Shown here: positions 38,990 through 50,620 of the stretch, in pieces
How positions within the stretch are numbered: position 1 is the stretch's first letter
Layout of the letters: the number at the start of each line of letters is the position of its first letter
DNA from: Raillietiella orientalis
Lineage: Eukaryota
DNA: 64,000 nucleotides
Reading direction: 5' to 3'
Assembly (NCBI GenBank): GCA_036172245.1
Contig: JAYWIR010000026.1
Location: 186,001 to 250,000, forward strand
Position numbers and translations under genes: made by a program
Notes under the pieces: generated by a model
What the model was told of the DNA's origin: nothing
The model's input: the letters and a program-made list of their open reading frames with translations, nothing else
The model's database searches: none

Positions 38990-39300
38990 ATATATATATA
39001 TATATATACTGATAAACATGCATTTTTATTTTCTATAATCTTTATAATGAATGTTAACAGCTCTGTTATTTTTATAATATTTATAATATGTATGAAGTTT
39101 TGCTATTTTTATAATATTCGTAATGCACATTTACAGTTTTGATGTACTATATTAACCAGTCATATGTCAATAAATATTAATAAATGCATCCGGCACATCA
39201 TTATTGTTATTATTTATGCTGATAAATATTAACAAATACGTCTGTTAAAATAAAGTTCATGCTAATGTATATATAAATACGTAATGTATTTACTTTTTAC
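36240..39300. repeat. AT-rich satellite-like/low-complexity blocks (36240-36870 and 37850-39300) with (TA)n/(TATC)n tracts, separated by GC-rich inserts
   Basis: The motif TTTATAATCTTTAAT..ATAATATATTGATACA recurs at about 160-180 bp spacing. It also appears at about 57770-57960 and 63740-63900. Confidence 0.65.
37630..37847. mobile_element. Possible small hAT-like MITE remnant
   Basis: Repeated CTAGGGGCG(CCAAA) subterminal-like motifs at both ends and a terminal GCCCTG. No left TIR or TSD was resolved. Confidence 0.3.
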
Positions 39301-39559
39301 GGTCTTTCGCAATTTCGGCATTCGGGATTTCGATCGGCGGCGTGTCAAAGTTCGTGGGTGTGGCAATCCTTGGTCACCTTCCTTGCCTTACAGCAAGTGG
39401 CCCTTCGTGTGAGCATTTCCTACCGTCGGAACGTCGGGTCGCTCCACCCCACAAAAAGCAACTCAAAACTGGGGTGGGCTCCGGGAGTTTCGATTTCCCA
39501 TTAATTCGCTTCGGGATACGATGTCCTTCCGGGAGGGGATGACCTCTTTCCCACGAAGG

Positions 39560-40330
39560 GGGATGCGCTTTTGCACCGTGGGACAAAAGCAGGCTCCCGA
39601 GCGTCTCAGTCTGCTCACACCGCGATGTATGGTACACTAACTTGATCTTCTGACGCACCAGAGGAAGCTGTACGGTGTCGTTCATTCTCCTTACCTACCA
39701 CTAACCCGTGCGACCACCAACTCATAGAGCTTCTCATGGTGTTGGGCATCTCTTCACTGTGAGCGATTCGGGGCGTGGGTGCTACTTTTAAACAAAGCCG
39801 CCAGCGGTCGCTCCAACCTTGCTGACCTCTCCAAAGAAAGGCTGCACCTTCCGGACCTCCACAAACATCCAATCGTCAGGTCGTCGATCAGCAAATATTT
39901 CAATCCGGTCTCTTCTTCTTCAAATTCAGGAAGGAGGGAGTTTCAATTAAGTCGTCCGTTCTCCTCTAAGCGACGGCAAACATTCTGATGGGGCCAATCA
40001 GAGGTTCCTCTGTCAAATGGTTTGCCGAAGGGAGTCCTTGTGCCGGTCATGTGATCATCTCTCAAGGTGACTTTGACCGGATGAGCTTGCACGCGCACGA
40101 GGGGCAGGAGAAACAGTGCCCGCGCTAAGGCCCGCTGGTCCGAGACTCGGGCAAAGCAGCGCGCTAGAAACCCTGATAAGCAAAGAAGACCGGGAAAAGT
40201 CTTGCGAACCAGGAAAGGCGTCGCCGCACCCGAAATTGGTACTCGCTCTGGTCCAATGGAAGATCCATTCGCTGCAAATAGGGGACAGGCGTTGTGTGGG
40301 CTGAGCTGTCGCTCCAAGCGGCCGGCTTGG
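39560..40330 (-). mobile_element. Degenerate LINE ORF2 C-terminal fragment
   Basis: WWSHGLVVG..SRCEQTETLGSLLLS resembles zf-RVT (W..H..L..C..C..ET..HL..C). Confidence 0.4.
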
Positions 40331-40899
40331 CTGTGAGGATGAGGTTCGTCATGGTCGATGAGCTTCACACGCCAAAATCACATTTGGTGGCGCCGAGTCG
40401 GATTCGAACGTGCTGAGGAACCTCGCAGGAAGACCGCGCACGCTGCGCTGCAGTCTTCGCGCGCAGACGGACAACGCTCCAGACTGGAAGAAGGGGAGCC
40501 CACCGTCCAATCTGGTCGACATCCCGAGGAGGCTCTCGCTCGGAAGGAGGGCAACGCGCCTGAGGGAAGGAGGAGGCGGTGGGCAGATTTGCTGGAGTGG
40601 ATGCACGAAAGAGAGCGCAGCAAGAACTGCGCGCAGCGGAGGATGCCATCGCTGCGAATTCTCGGCCACTCTGCAGTTCCATCACTTCCCACCACTTCGC
40701 TTCCGAAGTCCTCCTCGGGGTTGGCGTTCTTTCCGCCGACCCCTGCTGCACGGCGCCCAGCATCACGCGGCCGTTGCGTCTTCGCCGGGCACTGCGAGCG
40801 GAGAAAAGAGGAGGAAAAATTGGATTCTGCCTTGGAGATGCCGGAGGCTATTTTCTTTGCCAGGGGCCTGCCAGCGTCACCGGTTCCTCAAGAGGGAGC

Positions 40900-41250
40900 T
40901 TCTGGGAGAAGGACGTCCGCTCCACCACCACCACGGTCCCTTCCTGCTATCCAGAGTGGACAAAGTCCGGTTCCCCTTCAGTAGCCCGCCTCTTCCGGGA
41001 CACCCCCAGCTCTTCCGATCGGCGAGTGCCTTCAGCGATGGTGACCTACAGAGGGGAGAATTCGAGCGAAAATGCAGACCAACAGCAGCCTCTGGCTGGG
41101 ATGTTCGGGAGACTCGCAGACCTGACGCGAGCGTGCAGAAGAAACGTGCAGCAGACCTGTCGCGAACGTGCTGCTCCTGCCGGCCGTCGTCCCAAAGACT
41201 GCGCAGGACCTCCCTCGTCGCGAGACACCCGGGTCAAGGTCATGGCGACG
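40900..41250 (+). mobile_element. Degenerate gag/ORF1 zinc-knuckle region
   Basis: GMFGRLADLTRACRRNVQQTCRERAAPAGRRPKDC fits two eroded CX2CX4HX4C knuckles. Confidence 0.35.
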
Positions 41251-41996
41251 GCCATGTCCCGTCTCGGACAGCACCGGCTTCGGGTGGCTCTCTTCTTCAG
41301 CGGCGGCGTCGAGCACCCGCGGTCCGCGCATGGCAGAGCCGTCCCGGCGGCGCGGCTCGGCATCCTCCTTGCACCCCCCTTCCAGGGGAGGAGGGGAAGG
41401 CGCACCGGCTTCAGAGGAAGATGCGGGAGGTGGAAGGAGTCGCCAGCGGAGGGTCGGTGGTCCGAGAGTCCTCAGTCGCGGGAAAGGACTCGAAGATGAA
41501 GATGCGTTCGGTACGCTCCATGGGGGTGGGGGATGGGGGGTGAGTGAAGACTATTTCCGTGTAGTTGGTCAGCTATTGCAGAGGAAGTCACAAGCAGCTT
41601 GTTCGAATAACATTCGGGAGCCTTTGCATTGTTTCCCGCAAAGAAAGTACTCTCTTCTACGGAGAGGAGCCAATGCTTTTTTTTTTCTTTTTTCTGTAGA
41701 GACGACTTTGAACGAACCCAGCCCAAATTCCTCGGCCGTTTCTCCAGCACCCATCGCTCGAATCAAGTTCGGAAACAGCCCGTCGTTGTTCTGGAAACCG
41801 CGGGATGCGGGTTCGCTTCCCGCTGCCTCCACCCCGGACTTGGGCAGTCTGCAGTCCCGGAAAAACCAAAGCTATGGGATGGCCGCGGAAGATGCATCGC
41901 TTCGGAAAGGCGTTGCGGCGGCCGACGAAGATGCGCGGAGATGTCCACTCACCCCGTCTTCTTCTCCTGGTGGAGCTTTCAGCACTAACCTCCCAT

Positions 41997-42600
41997 CTAG
42001 CCGCAAGGCTGCTGCCCATGTGTTCCCTCGGGGAGAGCAACGCTGAGGCAAGGGAGGTCGCAGAGGGCTTGAGGGTGAGCAGGGCGAAGTCGTCGGTGGT
42101 GCCAGTTGGTGCGGCGTGCGTTGGACGGCCGCACTGGATCCGCTTGGGGATCCCCACAGGCAGGCACATCAAGTACCTTTGCGTTCCTTTGGTGGATTTC
42201 TGCAACGCAGAGGTCTGTTCCTGCCGTATCCAGAAGGGAGAGCGGGCACTTGACCCGTTCCTTGAGGGCAAGCCTCGCTTGCCGAAAACGGGCCACTGTG
42301 CGGAACATTTCCGTGGGCCTCCTCCTTCGCCCCCTGCTTTTTGCTTGCTCGGGAAGTGAATAAGCGGAGCTCCTGCAAAAGTCCCTTTAGGGCACAGGGA
42401 GCCTCCGAATCCACTTGAAGGACTTGCGTGCTCCGCTCCTGGACGGCGGTCTCCGCCTCCTGATGCCGGAGCGTCTGGAGCTTCAGCTCCAGTGGAGAAT
42501 TTTGGCCTCCGTGGCGAAGTTGTGGGAGCACCCAATGGCGCGCACCTTTACGATTCCTGGCCAAGCAAGCCGCAGGATGCGAGAGGCCGCTCTCCTTCCT
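41997..42600 (-). mobile_element. Degenerate Tx1-like ORF1 fragment
   Basis: FRQARLALKERVKC..V...PACG..QC.RP resembles the RQ.(F/Y)M.L motif preceding the zinc knuckle in Tx1-type ORF1. Confidence 0.35.
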
Positions 42601-43213
42601 TGAGCACCGTCGTCGCGACGTCTCAATGAGGACTGCAGCTCCGTGCTACCCAGGGGAAACATCTGGGTCTCCTGCCATCCCGCGAACGGCAGTGCCTGGT
42701 CCCAGGGAGCCGTTCGCACATGGGAGACCCACAACGAAGCGAGCCCGGAGCTTCCGCAGCGACTGCTGCGCTCCAGCGACAGATGCAGCCGCTGCTCGCT
42801 ACGGGAGATCGTGCATCGCAACTGTGCGTTGGAGCAACCTCCCTGGGCCGCGGTGCAGCCTTTCCCAAAGGAACATCTTGATGGCAACGTATCAGCGAAG
42901 TGGGAGGTCTCCTGTGAGATCGCAGGTGGGAGGAAGGCAGTGAGTGGATGGACCACAGGGCAGCTAGTAGATGCTGCAATCCCAGGTGTCCTTCCACGAA
43001 GACTCCAATGCTTCAGTTAGCTGCTCGGCATTCCTTGAGAAGATCCGAAGTGGTCCACAGGGTTCGTGGACAGCAAACGCCCTTCTCCTGAAGTGATGGG
43101 AGTCGGCACTTCTGCCCTTGCACTGGGGTTTCCCCTGCAGCGCATGCTGACATCACTGGACGCTGGGGAGGGCGAGTCTGGACCGTCGCAGCTGCGAGGA
43201 ACGCAAATCCTTT

Positions 43214-43252
43214 GCTTCTCGGCCTTTAGGCTAAGATCGAAGTGTAGAATCT
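43214..43252 (+). pseudogene. U2 snRNA 5' fragment (tailless retropseudogene)
   Basis: GCTTCTCGGCCTTTAGGCTAAGATCGAAGTGTAGAATCT matches the U2 5' end (recalled insect U2: ATCGCTTCTCGGCCTTATGGCTAAGATCAAAGTGTAGTATCT) through stem I and the branch-point recognition region. No Sm site or 3' half follows. Confidence 0.85.
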
Positions 43253-43941
43253 CTTGCCGCATCTTCTAGTGGACTGTGCTGCCCTCCCACCCTTATCGGA
43301 ACGTTTTGGGATGACCCTGAGGACCCCGTTTGTCAATCCTAGGGACGTTCCACGACTCCGCTTTGTGCTGGATGACCTACCGCCGGCCGCAGCCCTAGCA
43401 GAACTTTGCTGCTGCATCCGCAGGATTGTAGCGGACTGGAGCGATGCTGGAAGAGAACCATACCAAAAGGGAGCCACTACATATGCACTCCGCTCTCTGC
43501 GGGTGGCAGTCAGGTGATCCCTCCTGGGTGTTGTTCACATGGACCTAGCCGGCATCCTGGAAAAGATGCAGAGGACTCCCTCCAGAGAACAGTGATCCCT
43601 TCTCGGCCTTCCAGTGTTCTTATTTATTCTTTTTGTTCTCTCCTCTCCCCACTGCTGCCGAGGTCGACCTCTCCAGTCTGAGGACTGGCAACTCGGCAGA
43701 CTCCTTACGGAATTGAACGTGGTAGGGTATCAGAAGACTCGCCCTTGCGGCGAAGCTTGGACAGAACCTCGGTGTGCGCCTGCACGCCTGCTCACCAGAA
43801 GAGCGACCAGCTGCAAAGGATTGACCTCGATCCTCGTTGCCAGCGACACCAGCTTGAGGCAATGTGACCACCAGCTGCGTCGATTGGTTGCCTTGGTGCA
43901 GAAGAACACCTGAATCTCCTACCTCCCCGCGTATTGCAGTG

Positions 43942-43974
43942 CCTAACCTAACCTAACCTAACCTAACCTAACCT
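43942..43974. repeat. Interstitial (CCTAA)6/(TTAGG)n arthropod telomere-type repeat
   Basis: Six perfect CCTAA units plus CCT. Confidence 0.9.
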
Positions 43975-46900
43975 GAACTGATTCCTGAAGCCAGGAGATC
44001 CACGGAGAAGGATCCACGGCTCTAGCGAGGCGGAGTACGTCTGCCTCCGAAGAGGGAGGTACGCTCGACATTCCCTGCGGGAGGTCGTGTGCAGCCCAAT
44101 CAAACTGCTGTGAGCTTCGTTCATTCCCCAGGCTCCAGTGCTGCTCTCTCTTAGAAACGCTATTGACAGCAGCGAACAGACACAGTGGGAAGTATCCTGC
44201 CTCCTTCAAGGCAGAAGAAAACTTTTACATGTTTGGACAACGCGGCAGCTAGTGGACACTGCGACCCCGAGTGTCCCGCGAAAAGGACTTCGTCGCTGGG
44301 GCGAGCTGATCACGATGCCTCCGGAGGAGGTGAAATGACTCCCAGCATGTTGAAACAGTGGCACCCTCCCCCTCAAGTGGCAAGAGATGATGTTGCTGTT
44401 TTTGCATTGGGGAATCTCACGCAAAGCACGCCTCCATCACTGGACACGGAGGAGTGTCGATGCTCGCTGTGCAAAGTGCAGCGAGAAGCAGACCTTCCCA
44501 CACTCATTGATAGACTGTTCTGACCTTCGATCCCTTTGAAATCGACTTTCGTTGATCCTTAAAATCCCGATAGGCGACCCCAAAAACATTTTCCGGTGCC
44601 TCTTGATGCGTGACGCCCTGACGCCAGCCGCATCCCTAACAGTTCTCTGCTGTGTACGCGGAGTCGTGGCAGCCTGGAACGCAAGAAAAGGAGGCCAAAG
44701 TAGCAGGGATGTCATCCGCTGGGCAGGAATTGCGTTGAAGACCGTTTCCCGATGGCCCTACCTAGGAAAAGAAACAAACAATGCTTCTAAGCATCCTGGA
44801 CAGGGAGCATAGGGCGTCTCCAGGAGAACAGTGATCCTTTCCTTGTCCTCCCCTCCCCAAAAAGCATTCACTCCCTCCCCTTCCCCCACTTCCTTTTTTT
44901 TTTTCAATAGTCTTCCCTCCCCCTTCGCTGCCGGAGAGAACCTCAGCAGTCTGCGTACTGGTTTTGGCAAGTCTTTCGCTCGTGGTAGAACCTAGTTTTC
45001 TACCACAAACTTGTAAACATCACTACTTTTGTTATAATTTTTTTATAATAAATGCTCCAGCAAATCCAGGTGACAAATCTGACAAACCACACTAGCTGTA
45101 AGTTTATTGTTTCCCCATCAACTCTCCATAGTGAGCGGGTGGCAACCCTGAGGGAGGATCTTGGAAGCAACATACCGGCAAGGTGGGAGGTCCTCTGCGA
45201 GCTCAACTCCAGGAGGAAGGACTTGCATGGTTGGACCACAGGCCAGCTCACAGACGCTGCGACCCCGAATGCCCTACAGAAAGGACTCTTGAGCTAGGGC
45301 GAGCTACTGGGAAGACCTCGAGTGGCCCCCAGTGCTGAGAAATTCTCGCAGCCTCCATCTCCAGTGGCAGGAATCGGCGATCCTGTTGTTGCATTGGGGC
45401 CTTCCGTGCAACGCTCGTCGACATCACTGGACCCGGGGGGAAGGGGGGCTGTAATCCTGGACTGTAGCAGGTGTGGGTAACGAGAGTCTTTCTTGCACCT
45501 GCTTGTGGATTGCGCTTTCCTCCGGCCCCTGCAGGAACACTTTGCCGCGACCATGAGAATCTCCGAAAGCAACCCCAGAGTCGTTCCTAAGCGCCTCTTT
45601 GTGCATGGTACCCTGACACGCCGGCCGTGCCCCTAGCAGCACTTTGCTGCCTTCGTGCGATTGTGGCTGCCCGGAGCAGCATCGAAAGAAGAAGGAGTCA
45701 ACTACAGGGGCGTCATCCACTTCGCAGTCCTCTTTCTTAGGATTGCAGCGAGATGGTCCCATCTGGATGATATTCAGGAGGAACTTGCTGGCATCCTGGA
45801 AGGATGCAGCAAGTAAGAGATGCAGGGGGCGCCTGCCAGAAGGCGGTGGTCTCCCATAGAGTTTTTCATATTTATTTTTATTCCATTTTATTTTTGCTTG
45901 CCCCCCGTCCTCTCTGCTGCCGAGGCGAACCTCGCCGGCCTGCGTGCCGGCTTCTCGGCAGGTTGCATCTGCAATGAACGTGTCTGTAATGGCGTCCTGC
46001 CACAGCTCTTGTGAGTACGAGCGGTACCGAAAACGAGAGCGAACATGCTGATGCCGAAAATCACAATCCTTCCTCATCTCAGGTTGTGTTCTTCCTTCTC
46101 TGTCTCTCTCCCTAGCTGGCTGTCTCAGCGCGAGTTCTCAGACTGTCTCGGGACGGGCAAGCAAAGCGTGCGCATTTCCCGGCTGCATGCCGGTGGTCCA
46201 TTTGGCGCTTCCGATTTCCATCCTTACTGTCTCATTCGAAAGTACGGATGACGGAAGGAGGCGCGAGAAACCCTAATTTTCCCTCACCTGGAGACTTGGG
46301 CACTCGACAAGAAGATCTTTTTCCTGTGCCAGGGATGAGTGTTTACCTCTTAGGCAAAGCGACGTAGATATTTATAGATATTTCAAATCCAAGTGAAATT
46401 TTGACACGCTCCCTCCACTGCGATGTGAATCGATGTAGCTCAGTGCGGTTTCCCCAAATCGTCTGCTATCGCGTTACTCCCATGCAACTTCCCCCAAAAG
46501 TTTCAAGGACGGCGTTCTCTGGAAGTTCCTATCTGGCCGGCTGGTTTAGGTGACCCTTGCAGCTCGACCTTTCTGGCAATGTCCCTGACACCCCCTGAGG
46601 TCCCTTGCGTGCCATTCCCTACAGCTTCGCGAAGCGAATTCCCGGTGGAATCTGGTCGCTGTTGTGGTGGTGTCCCTGTGATCGCTCGAGAACTTTCCAG
46701 CTTACCATTTTCGGGAGACGCGAATTCGTGATTCCGTGCTGACATCTGGGAACGCACTTCAGACGACAACGCGGAACAAATCCTTCGTGAGCATTAAGCT
46801 ATTCAGACTCCCTCAACCACTGTTGAGGGAGGTCGAGGAAGGAATAAACAGCTTAATGAGAATCAGCAAGCCGTTATTCTTGTGGTACCCTTCCAGTTGC

Positions 46901-49189
46901 CGAAGCCTCACTCGGTCTCACACACAGTTTAACATGGCATCACCAGATGGTCAGATGTTGTGATGCTCCCGTGATCCTCGCTGAAAGTCCGCGCGATTGA
47001 AATGCGAATTCAAAGTTTCACCCCATGGCCTCGAGCAGCGATCTCTAGTCATACCTGTGAATTTCCTTGAGAACCGGAGCGCGCGCCATTTGGAGAAGGC
47101 CGCGGAGCCAATTCGTGGTTTCGTGCCAGAGCTCCAAGTCTTCATTCTTTGAAGGTACGGATGCGAACTTTGAGGCTGCTACGATAGACGCAAGCCGGTA
47201 TTCTTCCGGAAGCCGGCACGTAACTCTTGAAAGGCCGAGACGGTGAACTCCTGGCTCAACCGGTTATCCGGAAGTCGCCATTCTGGAGGACAAACCCTGG
47301 CGTTTCATTCGTTTGCTTCGCCCGGTCATCGAGGTGCGAATTCCTAGCTCGAAGCCGTGCTATCTGCAAGTCCTCATCCGTGTGGTTCACCCTCGAATTT
47401 TCGCAGGTTTTGGATGAGAGCGGCATAGTTCGTAAGCTCCGAGATCAGTTTGTGATTTCGTGCGGTGTCTTAGCAACCTCGATCTTGTGAGCAGCCGTCA
47501 AAGTCCCCGGCAACTTCCGTGCGAGTGATGCCCTACCGACTGAGTCCATGCGCGCAATACTCACATCATCATGAACTCTCATTACCGAAGGCGTGTTCAT
47601 CAGATGATCTACTCGCTACCATAAAGACCATGACCTCGGACTTCTAGAGACGTGCGCCAGAGAGGTCATCATCAACACCACTGCAATGCCGGTCTTGAGG
47701 CGGTAAGAAGCACTTCGGTCTGAAATTCCAGCATTGGCCGAGCTTGCTTCTCTGCATTCTCTGCAAGCCGCACAGCTTCCGGGTTTCATGCAGCCCATGC
47801 GATCGGCAGGTGCCACAAACCTACTTATTTGCGGAGGGATCCGGAAAGTGCAATTCCTCTCAGCATCCCAGCCGAGAAGGACAAACAGTGCTGCTGGTTG
47901 TCGCTTACAGACGACACTCCGGAAAGTGCAAGTCACGTTTCCGGTGGTACCATGAGACTCTCGCAAAGTCCGCCGTTTCCTAGAGCTTCGCGATGGGGAG
48001 GGGAATGAGGGGAATGGCAGTTTCGTGCCCCACATCTGAAGTCGCCATCCTGGAGGTGCCACAGCGCGATTCTCCGGGAGCTCCTGACGCGTGGCACCTC
48101 CTTGAGGAATCCGACTCCGATTCCACGGTTTCGTGCAGCGCGGAGCTCGAGCTCTTTCGGGATGCTCCTTCCAGAGAAGTCCGTGAGATCTCCGTAGAAC
48201 TTTCGTGATTCCAAGGGTCGCTCTAGAAGATGCGCCCAAAAGTCCCCCAAGAAACACCGCTCGTGGGACAAACCGCAGTCCAAGTGCAGCACTTCGACGG
48301 GAGACCTTTTTCCATTCAGTCTCCAACTCTTGCGATGCACCCGGAAATTCCCCAAGAAACAGCAGAGCTGCAGAGTTGCAGAATGCAGAGTTGCAGCAAA
48401 GTGCCGAGGTGTGGATGGACGCTTTTCCTGTGACGCCCCAGCGATCGATGAGGGGCGCTCCGTGAGGGCGATTCCTCAAAGACCGATCCGTGACGCTCCG
48501 CCGTCGTCCTTGCGGAGAGGCGGAAATTCTCCAGGCTTCATTCCCTGAAGGCTGAATTCCGAGCGGGCGCATCCATGTTGTGGCGTTTGGGTCGTCCTTC
48601 TCTCCATATCCCCCAAATTCCGCAAGAAGCCTCGTCGGCGTCGTCCCCTGGTTCCCCAAACTTTTCCCGTGACGGAACACTTCGTGAATTCTGAAATTTC
48701 AAGCGGATTGCCTTGATTATTTTATGGGGCAGGTTATTTTACAGGAACGGAGTCCCCGTGAATCCAGGAAGGGTCCGGAGGAGACATTCCGTTCCTCTTA
48801 CTCTTGGTAGATCACAGTGACCCTGGTTGTCTCTGGAGGGGATCCCAGAGGTCACCTGCCGCGAAAGCCTCTGTGCTGGCGATTATTTTCGGGAACACAC
48901 TTTAGCAGCTAAGACAGGATTTCGGAACGGTTGATGAAAATGTAAGATTCCGTGTTTGGATGAGATCGTTAATTTCCTGTGACTGACGATATTTCTAGAA
49001 GGTGTACATTAACAATAGATAAATTAAGCGATTAAATATAAGAGTTGAGAAAGCCGAAAGCATTCATTTTGGAATTTTAATTGTGCAAAGTTTTTCATAA
49101 TTTTCCGCGGAACATTATTCGGGCAACGCTGCTCTAAGCGCTGACATGCGCTGGCAGCCAATTAGGTCAAGTTAGGTGCGAAGACCCTC

Positions 49190-49725
49190 CGGACGGGATG
49201 CGGCCTCCGCACGTGGTACCAAACTTCCGTGCGGGGTCAAACTTCCACGTGGAGGAGCGACGCCAGAGAAATGGGGGTGCGTGGTGGGTTTCGAGTCCCA
49301 CCCGCAAGATGACGCTGGTTGGCCTACTCGGCTGCGGCAGCACTGGTGGAAGCAGGCGGAAATCAGGTGCCCCCGTTGCGTGGCCGGGATCTGAAAGTCG
49401 ACCCCCAATGGTTCTTCTAGGAATCGAGGAGCCCTTCGCGGTTCCCCTCCGGTCGTGAGAATGGAGTGGTCCATCGCGTGCCATGGAGCTAGTTGATATT
49501 CCACTCGGGAGAGTAGGGTGGGGGGGAGGTTGCCTCTCCTGAGTGTCAGAGGTTCCCTTTACAGAAAATGGGTAGCGTCCCATCTGGGTTCTCTTCGGAG
49601 GAGGAGTAAACAAGGAGCGGTTTCCTTGCGGGTGCTCTACGGAGAAAAAATTCCAGGAGTGGGCCCTTTCCGGGTTCTCTTCGGAGAACAAACGAGGAGT
49701 GGCCTTTTCCGGAATGCCCCACGCC
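49190..49725 (-). repeat. Family A repeat (additional partial copies at 48750-48855 + and 50635-50790 -)
   Basis: GGGGGTGCGTGGTGGGTTTCGAGTCCC..GATGACGCTGGTTGGCCT matches 15062-15112 and the reverse of 16440-16492. Confidence 0.7.
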
Positions 49726-49729
49726 GCCG

Positions 49730-50620
49730 CGCTGACCTCCCTTAGGGAACACATGGGCAGCAGCCCTCGCGGCAGAATGATAGGTCAGCGCCGGACCCGA
49801 GGAAAGGACTGGGCAAGTGGGCGACAGACCAGCTCGCCGACGCTGCGACCCCGAGTGCCCCATCCCGAGGACACTTTTGCGCTGGGGCGAGCTACTGGGA
49901 CTTCCGGTAAAAGACCTGCAGTGGCGTCCGGTACTCATGAACACCCGCACCCTCCCCTTGAGGCGGCAGGAGTAGGCATTGATGCTGCTGCGCTGGGACC
50001 TCCTGTGCAACTCCCTGCCGGCTAGATATGGGGGTGTATGGACCCAAACTGTGACAGGCGCGGGGAGCGGGAATCTCTCCCGCACCTCCTAGTGGACTGC
50101 GTCGCCCTTCGGCCCCTCTGGGGACGCTTTGCCGCGACCCTTGCAACCCCCTGGCGGCAACCCCAGAGATGGGATGCGGCTGTCTTTGCGCGAGACGCCC
50201 TGCAGACAGCCGCATCCCCAGCAGCGCTCTGCTGCATCCGCGGGATCGTGGCGGCGTGGAGCGACGCCGACGGAGGAAGCGACGACAGGGACGCCGTCCA
50301 CTTCGCTGTTCGCTTTCTGCGGATAACAGCCAGATGGCCCCACCTGGACGTCTATTTAGAGCAAGACCACGCCGGCATCCTCCAAAGGATGCAGAGAGCA
50401 GAGGACCGTCCCCAGAAAAATGTGATCTCCCGCACCCCTCCCAAAATTGTTTTATTTTTAATTTTGATTTCTTTCCTTTTTGCTTGCTCCTCCCCTCGGC
50501 TTCCGTGGTGGACCTCACCGGTCTGCGAACCGGTAAAACGGCAGGGTATATACGAAAAGGACGTGGTTGGACCACTGGTCCAACCACAATCTTTTAAATG
50601 TTTATTTTATTTTCAAATAA
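49730..50620 (+). mobile_element. Best-preserved family B LINE 3' end, with terminal hairpin and AATAAA
   Basis: DPNCDRRGERESLPHLLVDC..LCCIRGIVAAW..RWPHL, the 3' UTR core, a hairpin at 50563-50587, a T-rich stretch and AATAAA at about 50615. Confidence 0.8.

Larger units (their letters stand above)
42620..46010 (+). mobile_element. Cluster of three head-to-tail family B LINE 3' ends (about 42620-43690, 44060-45050, 45130-46010)
   Basis: Each shows WEVSC..GWTT.QL.D.A.P, a decayed CCHC (E..PHLLVDC), LCC.R.IVA.W and RWP.L, and the shared 3' UTR core CGCTGCCGAG..ACCTC..C.GTCTG. Confidence 0.75.

Noticed and set aside
43599..43610. Second U2-like 12-mer CTTCTCGGCCTT
   Set aside because: It lies in the pyrimidine-rich family B 3' UTR at a position homologous to non-U2 sequence in other copies. 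Too short to be significant.
46700..48680. Possible LINE ORF1/ORF2 relic on the minus strand, including the 354-aa ORF
   Set aside because: Only faint hints (RVDHL, NRADFQRG..HNI). Not enough to assign without a profile search.
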